DNA of 25,170 nt, from positions 1-25,170 of the IMG/VR virus record IMGVR_UViG_3300025381_000101; one strand, 5' to 3'. Numbering within the stretch: position 1 is the stretch's first letter; every line of letters begins with the position of its first letter. The position numbers and the translations under genes were made by a program. The notes under the pieces are model-generated. The model searched no databases, was not told where the DNA came from, and saw only the letters and a list, made by a program, of their open reading frames with translations. Shown one piece after another: positions 17,726 through 24,893 of the stretch. This stretch comes from a virus. Taxonomy: Duplodnaviria; Caudoviricetes.

Positions 17726-18745
17726 ATGAAAAAATGCGAAATAATTATTATTGATGAAACAACTGTTAAGTTGGAAGGTCTCGACCTTCCAACTCGTAGA
17801 GCATGTGTAAATGCCGTTAAATACTTTCTCCCTCATGCTAGATATAGTCCAGCATATAAACTAGGTCGTTGGGACGGTACAACAAGTTTTTGTACACTAG
17901 GAGGCCGCACATATCTAAATCTTCTCGATAAAATACTCCCTGTTCTTGTTAACGAAGGATATGAGTTTGAAATTATAGATCATCGTGCTAGTCATACATT
18001 TGAATTTGAAACTATTGACGATAATTTCTTAAGTCATCTGCGATGGCCAGCAGGACATAGATTTGCTGGTGAACCTATAATTTTACGTGATTATCAGACA
18101 CAAGCAATCAATGAATGTATCAACAATTTACAAGGTATATCAGTAGCTCCAACTTCGGCGGGGAAGACGATCATTACTGCCAGCCTCAGCATGCTGGCAG
18201 AAAAATACGGTCGAACTATTGTAATTGTACCAAATAAAAATCTAGTACAACAAACAGAAGAAGATTATAGAAATATTGGATTAGATGTTGGGGTACTCTA
18301 CGGCGATAGAAAAGAATACGATCGAACGCATACTATATGCACATGGCAGAGTTTGATGGTGCTCGATAAGAAGAGCAAAGATGCTCTCGATGACGAACAG
18401 CTAACGGTATTTTTAGACAATTTAGTTGCTGTAATATGCGATGAATGTTTTGACGGTGATATGCGAGTTTTAACACCTAACGGCTATATTCCAATACAAG
18501 ACATATTACCTGGACAACAGATTATTAATTTCTCTGAAGAGTTACAACAATTCAAAATTGATACTGTTGTGAAACAACATTGCAACTTAACTAACTCGAT
18601 AAATGAAAAGATGTATGAATTAGAATTTGATAATGGTTCAAAAATAAAGGTTACTGGTAATCATAAGTTTTTAACCACTATTGGTTGGTGCCGTGCTGAC
18701 GAATTAATTTCTGACCACGAAATTATTGATTACTGTTTAACATAA
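17726..18745 (+). CDS. uvsW: UvsW-like SF2 helicase N-terminal fragment (240 aa) fused to the N-half of a split intein (99 aa)
   Basis: SPAYKLGRWDG, Q-motif LRDYQ, Walker A APTSAGKT, IVPNKNLVQQT, TWQSL, then VICDE|CFDGDMRVLTPNG (block A) and VTGNHKFL (block B). ATG 17726 preferred to the ORF-track start at 17639. Confidence 0.93.
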   Translation: MKKCEIIIIDETTVKLEGLDLPTRRACVNAVKYFLPHARYSPAYKLGRWDGTTSFCTLGGRTYLNLLDKILPVLVNEGYEFEIIDHRASHTFEFETIDDNFLSHLRWPAGHRFAGEPIILRDYQTQAINECINNLQGISVAPTSAGKTIITASLSMLAEKYGRTIVIVPNKNLVQQTEEDYRNIGLDVGVLYGDRKEYDRTHTICTWQSLMVLDKKSKDALDDEQLTVFLDNLVAVICDECFDGDMRVLTPNGYIPIQDILPGQQIINFSEELQQFKIDTVVKQHCNLTNSINEKMYELEFDNGSKIKVTGNHKFLTTIGWCRADELISDHEIIDYCLT

Positions 18746-19761
18746 ATACATGTTGTTAAAAATATGGTGTTTATATATCAACATTTATACAAATGAAGGA
18801 TAGACTTAATTCAAGATTAGAATTTTACAGACAACACACTCGAGTAGTTGATTACACCAGATCATCTATAACATTATCTACCGGATCAATATTAATTTGG
18901 TAAAGACAATAAACAGCTAAAACGTAGATTACTATCTAACCACACCACAATATGGATCAAAAATTTAGATAATCTTCTTAACGGCAATGTAACAGAAACA
19001 GAAATAAAACACAAACTTGCTGTTATCCGAGGCAAAAAATCATGGGCTATGAATAGTGAGACTATACGGAAAAAATTTGAATACAGGCATACCTTGGAGT
19101 AAAGTAAAACCCGGTACATTTACAGGTAATAAACATTCAGCCGAAACTACAAAGAGAATAAGCCAAAAGAATAGTGGTAACCGCAACGGCATGTACGGGA
19201 AAGTACATACAGATGAAGAAAAATCTAATCGATCAAGAATAATGAAAAATTTAATATTAGCTGGTCAATTTAGGCCTAATTCTAGTAATCGATTTAATAG
19301 ATGGGATGCAACATTTGATGATAAAAAATACAGATCTAGTTGGGAAGCCTTATACCATTATCATAATCAACAAGCCAAATACGAACAACTTCGACTTTTG
19401 TATATATTAGATAATAAAGAATATGTATATATTGTTGACTTTATCGATCATATCAATCAACTTGTCATTGAAGTCAAACCTAGCAATTTATACAAAGGTC
19501 CCAAATGGGAAGCGAAATATACTGTTCTCAGCAATTGGGCAAAACAACATGATTACCAAATATTGCTTGTTGATCAACAGTGGTTAACATCGAATATAAT
19601 ATGCCCAGATTTAACTAGAGTTGATTCCAATACAGCAAGAAAAATAGGAAATTTATATGAAACTGATAAATCGTGTAGAAATTAATAAACCCAACGAAGT
19701 TTTCAATCTACATATACAAGATGATCACAATTATGTTGTAGAAGGAGCTGTAGTATCTAAT
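18446..19761 (+). mobile_element. Split-intein plus degenerate free-standing endonuclease cassette in uvsW (IntN 18446-18742; IntC 19657-19761)
   Basis: Cys1 codon at 18446; IntC ends VVSN followed by Cys+1 at 19762. Removing the cassette restores motif II DECH. Confidence 0.9.
18793..19685 (+). pseudogene. NUMOD3-motif plus TnsA/gp4-like PD-(D/E)XK endonuclease interrupted by two +1 frameshifts
   Basis: Three consecutive reading frames: MKDRLNSRL...GSIL (to ~18895), FGKDNKQLKRRL...SETIRK (to the A6 run at 19070-19075), then NLNTGIPW...KHSAET...NGMYGKVHTDEEK...YRSSWE...YIVDF...VIEVKP. Sequencing error cannot be excluded. Confidence 0.7.
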
Positions 19762-20496
19762 TGTCATAGTGTAAAAAACATGAATGTTCTCCACGGACTT
19801 CTTACAACAACATTTGCAAATATTCCTATACGATGGGGATTAACAGGAACAATACCAGAAGAAGAATATAACCAAGTAAGTTTGTTTAGCGCAATTGGAC
19901 CGCTAATTGGCCAGCTTACTGCTCATGAATTACAAAAGCAAGGGCATTTAGCACAATGCCATGTTAACATTCTTCATACACAAGATGCTGTAGTTTACAA
20001 CAACTATCAAGAAGAATTAAAATATCTCGTTACTAATAAGGACCGATTGCGTTGGCTATCAACAAAAATATTAGAAATATCCAAAACAGGCAATACGTTG
20101 GTTCTTATAGATAGGATAGAAACTGGTGAGATACTACAAGAACTGTTGCCAGATGCTACATTTATAAGTGGCCAAATGAAAAGCACTAAACGGAAAGAAC
20201 ATTACAAAGAAATCAATTTAGCTGACAATGCAATTATGATTGCTACGTATGGAACAACATCAACCGGAATTTCTATAAATCGCATATTCAACTTAATATT
20301 ATTAGAACCTGGTAAAAGTTTTGTTAGAGTAATACAAAGTATTGGTCGAGGACTAAGAAAAGCTGACGACAAAGAAGCAGTTAATGTATTTGATGTGGCA
20401 AGTAAATGTAAATTTTCAAACAGGCATTTGCTAAAACGTAAGAAATTTTATGCAGATGTCCAGTATAACTATTCGATTGAAAAAACAACATATTAA
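19657..20496 (+). CDS. uvsW: Split intein C-half (35 aa) fused to the UvsW C-terminal fragment (244 aa)
   Basis: MKLINRVEINKPNEVFNLHIQDDHNYVVEGAVVSN|CH...RWGLTGT (motif III), STGISI (V), QSIGRGLR (VI); AGGA SD inside the endonuclease ORF. Confidence 0.93.
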   Translation: MKLINRVEINKPNEVFNLHIQDDHNYVVEGAVVSNCHSVKNMNVLHGLLTTTFANIPIRWGLTGTIPEEEYNQVSLFSAIGPLIGQLTAHELQKQGHLAQCHVNILHTQDAVVYNNYQEELKYLVTNKDRLRWLSTKILEISKTGNTLVLIDRIETGEILQELLPDATFISGQMKSTKRKEHYKEINLADNAIMIATYGTTSTGISINRIFNLILLEPGKSFVRVIQSIGRGLRKADDKEAVNVFDVASKCKFSNRHLLKRKKFYADVQYNYSIEKTTY

Positions 20497-20682
20497 TAAA
20501 CATCTTAAACAATCTCATAACAGTGAGATACAATACCACATTTTCACTAAGCTCTCACAATTTGGTCTTTTTTATCAAATATTCACTCATATCTAGTATT
20601 ATTAAGATAACCCATTAACATTTTTTAATAAGCTACTAAATTATTTGTAAATACCTGCCTAGTATCAAGCAGGAGAACGACC

Positions 20683-21183
20683 ATTCGCATATTAACACAC
20701 GAAAATCAGTCATATGCTATTAATCAAATACCCGATCGTGTAGAAGATCTGCGCTATTGTGTCCTAGATTACTCAAATCAATCTGATGTCGACTATTATT
20801 TTTTACCATTAATCTTTTTAGAAAGCTTTAACAGCCCATGTATTGACATACGTATAGGCAATTTTAATATACAAATGCCATTAGATTGGAGTGTTATTAT
20901 CGGAGATATGCATTTAGGTGATTTAGAGGTTATGCCGTTAGTATATCTTATGGATAAAGACTTTGATGTATTTTGTTTTAATCCTATTAAGGGATATATG
21001 CCAAGTTTTTTAAGACTTGAAATTATCAACACATGGCCCGACGTTAAGTGGTATTTTCCAAAGTTAAAAAATGGACATCTGCTGGCCGTACCTCTTACTG
21101 AAGGTGAAAATCCATTATGTGCTTTCTTTGTCAAAGAAATTGGAAAAATTCCCGACAATTTAGATATACGTAAAATCTTTTAA
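20683..21183 (+). CDS. Hypothetical protein (166 aa) with probable ATT start codon
   Basis: The frame is open from the stop at 20629 with no ATG/GTG/TTG before 20875; AGGAG at 20671-20675 lies 7 nt before ATT at 20683; TAAATA at 20648. Confidence 0.72.
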   Translation: MRILTHENQSYAINQIPDRVEDLRYCVLDYSNQSDVDYYFLPLIFLESFNSPCIDIRIGNFNIQMPLDWSVIIGDMHLGDLEVMPLVYLMDKDFDVFCFNPIKGYMPSFLRLEIINTWPDVKWYFPKLKNGHLLAVPLTEGENPLCAFFVKEIGKIPDNLDIRKIF

Positions 21184-21186
21184 TCA

Positions 21187-21232
21187 GCAGAAACCCCAGA
21201 AATTTCGCTCTGGCTAATTTCTGGGGTTTTGC
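21187..21232. terminator. Long hairpin between convergent genes
   Basis: GCAGAAACCCCAGAAATT...AATTTCTGGGGTTTTGC with a 14-bp perfect core. Confidence 0.7.
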
Positions 21233-21261
21233 CGAGTCTGTCTGCTTTTGCAGAGCAGCAA

Positions 21262-22362
21262 TTAAGCTGTTTGAAGTACAGCTTGTCCGTCTACCGGAGT
21301 TGTTCCGGTTGGTACCCATTCATACGTGTTATAGTCAAATGTTGTAACTGAAAGATTTCTAATGATCATAGCATATTCCATGCTGGCAATAGGTGTAACT
21401 GTCACAGTTGGGCGTGTTGGACCAAAAGATCCTGGCGAACAAATATTGAGAGACGTAACAGCTCCGCATGTAATAGCAGCTGATGCAAGTGCATTTCCAT
21501 TGCCGCTAATGGTTACAGCAGCGGCTTGATAATTACTGCCAGCAGCAGTTAAGTGAAGCGACGAAAGGCTGTAAGTAGCTGTTGCTTGCGCTCCGGTGCC
21601 ATTACCAGATTCGGCTGTAAATGAAACTGGATTAGCAGGCATTGCTGTGTAATCACCTGCGTAATATACACCTAAGCTGCTTACATCCCAACGAACATCA
21701 AATGTAGCACCAGTTGCCCACGCATTTGCCTGCTTTGATGCAGAATATGGTGTGCATGGCTGTATAAGAACATTAGCAGAGGTACCTGGTGTAGTATATG
21801 TGATACCATTTACGATACCATTACCTTTAGTCGATGCTACTGTAACCACTGTTGGTGTATACCAGCCTGTATATCCCCAAGTAAATGTATCGCCAACTGT
21901 ATATCCAACAGCGCCGCCTCCTGATGTAACTGAAATATTACCAAGTGTTACTGTGTCAACTCGAGCATTTGCAAAGTGATTTAAAGAATGTGTGCCGCCA
22001 GACATATCGAGAATTTGACCTGGAACATAGCCTGCAGTAGTAGGCCCAGTTCCTCCAACGGATACGGTATAGTTGCTTACACCAAGGTTAGCAACTGCTG
22101 TAGCACCGCTACCGGTTGATCCAAATGGTGTTACTGTAATATTTGCCTGACCTGGTAATAGCGAAACTCCGCCATTAGTTAGTTCAACTCTATTGCAATA
22201 TAATCCACACACTGATACCATATTATAAGTACTTGTAGCCTTCTGTGCGCATATCCAGGCAGACGCAGTTCCACCTTTACCAACGAAATATGCAGTAGCT
22301 TCAATTTGTTGTCCTGAATTGGAAACATTTCCAATGTAGTTTTTATTAATCGGGCGTCCCAT
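21262..22362 (-). CDS. Gly/Thr/Ser-rich beta-structured putative virion protein
   Basis: 366-aa ORF with AGGAG SD and upstream TAAATA on the minus strand; G.GA.A.A, G.GY and I..PG motifs shared with the sheath insert. Confidence 0.8.
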   Translation of the reverse strand: MGRPINKNYIGNVSNSGQQIEATAYFVGKGGTASAWICAQKATSTYNMVSVCGLYCNRVELTNGGVSLLPGQANITVTPFGSTGSGATAVANLGVSNYTVSVGGTGPTTAGYVPGQILDMSGGTHSLNHFANARVDTVTLGNISVTSGGGAVGYTVGDTFTWGYTGWYTPTVVTVASTKGNGIVNGITYTTPGTSANVLIQPCTPYSASKQANAWATGATFDVRWDVSSLGVYYAGDYTAMPANPVSFTAESGNGTGAQATATYSLSSLHLTAAGSNYQAAAVTISGNGNALASAAITCGAVTSLNICSPGSFGPTRPTVTVTPIASMEYAMIIRNLSVTTFDYNTYEWVPTGTTPVDGQAVLQTA

Positions 22363-22389
22363 GTTGTTTCTCCTAAATGTTGTGCCGTT

Positions 22390-22438
22390 CTAGGGCTACG
22401 CGGTTGGGTGACCGCATAATGCTAGATGATTGTATTTA
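22390..22438 (-). promoter_or_regulatory. Late promoter (TAAATA, 22433-22438) followed by a structured 5' leader (22390-22425)
   Basis: Minus-strand RNA CUAG-CA-UUAUGCGGU-CACCCA-ACCGCGUAG-CC-CUAG forms a 9-bp stem with two G-U pairs plus a 4-bp basal stem. Confidence 0.6.
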
Positions 22439-22522
22439 TGATATACTATAGAAAATAGAGTTGAATAAGGAGTTGCAATACCAAGTTTAATTAGTAACAA
22501 TTAGGTATAATAAGGAGAATAT

Positions 22523-23020
22523 TTGGTGGCAATAGGCAAGAAGCATAAATTAGATTTAGGTGAGATATTGCACGCATTAGATAATCGAAATCTCAATTAT
22601 TATAGTAATCTAACAGATGATGAAAGAAAAGGTTATTCACCGTTAGTACTAATGAGATTTATGAGCTCACTTAATGCACAGAATCCAAATGCCAGTTATG
22701 CAGTTATGGTAACAAATGACCTAGTTAATTTAGGATTTTTTAGTTTAAGTAAACATCCAGAATTGCAACATAAGTTACTATGCTTAACAGGTCTAGGAGG
22801 AAAGCAATATAGACCGTGGATCGCCGCCAAAACTAGTAAAAAAGCAGGCAAAATTGACCAATGGTTATTAGAACGTTTTCCGCACTTGAATGATGATGAA
22901 ATACAAATAGTAAAATCTTCTTATGACACTAAAAGTTGGACTGCCTTTGTCAAAAGTAGCGGTGCAAGTGATGTAGAAGTTAAAGAAATGATTGAGGCGT
23001 GGAAAAAACAAGTTGCATGA
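22523..23020 (+). CDS. Probable sliding-clamp loader small subunit (T4 gp62-like)
   Basis: KGYSPLVLMRFMS...N..VN......KHPELQ..LL........PWI resembles the gp62 pattern; AGGAG SD; TTG (22523) or GTG (22526) start. Confidence 0.5.
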   Translation: MVAIGKKHKLDLGEILHALDNRNLNYYSNLTDDERKGYSPLVLMRFMSSLNAQNPNASYAVMVTNDLVNLGFFSLSKHPELQHKLLCLTGLGGKQYRPWIAAKTSKKAGKIDQWLLERFPHLNDDEIQIVKSSYDTKSWTAFVKSSGASDVEVKEMIEAWKKQVA

Positions 23021-23703
23021 CAGGGTTTGAATGCGAATTTTGTAAGAGAAGCTTTGTTAAAGAAGCTAGCCTTATTAACCATAGCTGTGAAAAAAAACGA
23101 CGTTGGTTTCAACGAGACGATCCGCATGCTCGATTTGGATTTATAGCCTGGAATAGATTTTACGAATTGAATACATTTAATAAATCTAAAAATTTTAAAA
23201 ACAGCTATAGAAATTTCATCGATAGCCAATATTATCTAGCATTTGTAAAATTTGGTCGTCATATACGTGATCTTAATGCAGTAGAGCCTGCTAAGTTTAT
23301 AGATTATGTGATTAAAAACAATCTACCTATTGATAAATGGACACACGACTTTGTATACGAACAATATGTTAGAGAGCTCACGCGGCAGGAAACAGCTGAA
23401 GATGCGCTGGAGCGTAATATAATGTTGATGAACGAATGGAGCATGCAAACATCAGAACTTTGGTCAGATTTTTTTAGAAAGGTTAATACTAATCAAGCTA
23501 TAGCATGGATACGCAGCGGCAGGATATCGCCGTGGTTACTGTACAATGTTGACAGTGCTGTTGATTTTTTTGAAAGATGTACGCCAGAACAAATAAGTAT
23601 GATTAAGGAATATGCGCCGCCAGGTCCGTGGAAAATACGTTTTAACAAAAATAAAGAAAGTTGTGATTTTATACGCAACACACTTAGACAAAATGGGATG
23701 TAA
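23017..23703 (+). CDS. Hypothetical protein with N-terminal zinc-finger-like motif
   Basis: FECEFCKRSF...SLINHSC (C2HC/C2H2-like); ATGA overlap with the upstream stop at 23017-23020. Confidence 0.75.
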   Translation: MTGFECEFCKRSFVKEASLINHSCEKKRRWFQRDDPHARFGFIAWNRFYELNTFNKSKNFKNSYRNFIDSQYYLAFVKFGRHIRDLNAVEPAKFIDYVIKNNLPIDKWTHDFVYEQYVRELTRQETAEDALERNIMLMNEWSMQTSELWSDFFRKVNTNQAIAWIRSGRISPWLLYNVDSAVDFFERCTPEQISMIKEYAPPGPWKIRFNKNKESCDFIRNTLRQNGM

Positions 23704-23706
23704 AAA

Positions 23707-24012
23707 ATGAGTGATACTTATAACGATATGTATGGAGATAACGGTGATAACACTACTCCAGCAACGCATGAAACAACTAGCATTAACCTACAAGAAAAAG
23801 GCATGATGACGGAGATAGAGATAAATGGTAAGAAAATTTCTGTTGTTGATATCTCAATTGTGATGAAGCTTAACAGCGATTTAAGAACTATGAATGCAAT
23901 TATAGCTAAATTAACAAACGACATACGTAATCTTACTATCAGGATATCTAATGCAGAACGTCGCTTTACAGCTATTAATGCAGAGCTTGATAACAAAGTT
24001 GGATATGAATGA
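23707..24012 (+). CDS. Hypothetical coiled-coil protein (101 aa)
   Basis: Heptad-like C-terminal half; tightly packed with neighbours. Confidence 0.65.
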   Translation: MSDTYNDMYGDNGDNTTPATHETTSINLQEKGMMTEIEINGKKISVVDISIVMKLNSDLRTMNAIIAKLTNDIRNLTIRISNAERRFTAINAELDNKVGYE

Positions 24013-24251
24013 ACAAATTTAACACAAAAATACCAAATTTATGGATAGAATCTCATCTTGATATATTAGCAATGTATTCGACAGAAGCTATCTATAGAGA
24101 ATCTCCTTTAGGTATGTGGTTAAATGATCGAAATATTCAGTATTCTATTACACAGCTTTCGAATTTTCAACAGGTTTTAGAACTTGACATAAACCAAGAT
24201 ACTACTACAGAATTTATCCTAACTTGGAGTGACATTTTGTGCGTAAATTAG
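24009..24251 (+). CDS. Hypothetical protein (80 aa)
   Basis: Start overlaps the upstream stop (ATGA); ends ...EFILTWS. Confidence 0.6.
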   Translation: MNKFNTKIPNLWIESHLDILAMYSTEAIYRESPLGMWLNDRNIQYSITQLSNFQQVLELDINQDTTTEFILTWSDILCVN

Positions 24252-24859
24252 TAGGCGATGTTGATATAGATTTTGCTGATCGTAATCAAGCATTAGAACT
24301 ACTCAACTACGTACCAGCATCAATAATACGTAACAACACTATAATAAAACATAATACTGGTGTGTATTTTCATGCAGTACCTATGGATCCATTAACCGGA
24401 TTGGCTAGCTTACATTATGAAGAAGCAGAACAACAAGGATGGTATAAACTAGATTTACTTAATGTTGGTGTATACGAATCAATAAAAAGTGAACAACATT
24501 TATTAGATCTGATGTCGCGCGATCTAGACTGGAATCTACTTACATATCCAGAATTTACATCAAAATTAATTCATTTGGGCAATCATGCTGATATGGTATC
24601 AAGCTTGCGACCAACTAGTATTCATGACATTGCTATGGTACTTGCATTAATTAGGCCAGGTAAAAGACATTTAGTTGCAAAGTGTCAATTATACGGATTT
24701 GATTCTATAAAAGACGAAATATGGACAGAACCTAGCGCCGGAGCATATGCTTTTAAAAATGCTCATGCTATTTCATACGCAATGTTGGTAAAGGTACATG
24801 CTAATATTTTAGTAGAACAGGCTACAACCGATCTTCCTGTTGACAATCCTCACGACTAA
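24239..24859 (+). CDS. Miniature DNA polymerase III alpha (DnaE, family C)-like protein
   Basis: Ordered DnaE motifs DVDIDF, KHNTGVY, YKLDLLN, ALIRPG, YAFKNAHAISYA in only 206 aa; GTG start with GGAG SD. Confidence 0.8.
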   Translation: MRKLVGDVDIDFADRNQALELLNYVPASIIRNNTIIKHNTGVYFHAVPMDPLTGLASLHYEEAEQQGWYKLDLLNVGVYESIKSEQHLLDLMSRDLDWNLLTYPEFTSKLIHLGNHADMVSSLRPTSIHDIAMVLALIRPGKRHLVAKCQLYGFDSIKDEIWTEPSAGAYAFKNAHAISYAMLVKVHANILVEQATTDLPVDNPHD

Positions 24860-24867
24860 TATATAAT
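24840..24867 (+). promoter_or_regulatory. Consensus sigma70 promoter TTGACA-N16-TATAAT
   Basis: TTGACA at 24840-24845 and TATAAT at 24862-24867, upstream of AGGAG and ATG 24894. Confidence 0.75.
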
Positions 24868-24893
24868 CTTAAACTATAACATAGGAGTTGTTG

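Noticed and set aside
19056-19685. Stand-alone intact 209-aa gene starting at GTG 19056
   Set aside because: No SD before the GTG, and coding-like sequence continues upstream in adjacent frames across an A6 run. A frameshifted longer gene explains it better.
22473-22511. Sigma70 promoter before the gp62-like gene
   Set aside because: TATAAT at 22506-22511 is present, but no convincing -35 lies at 16-18 nt spacing (TTGCAA is too far upstream).
835-23996. Numerous short antisense and alternate-frame ORFs in the track (e.g. 13077-13616, 4214-4594, 20796-21158)
   Set aside because: They are nested in well-supported genes and show no motifs or ribosome binding sites.
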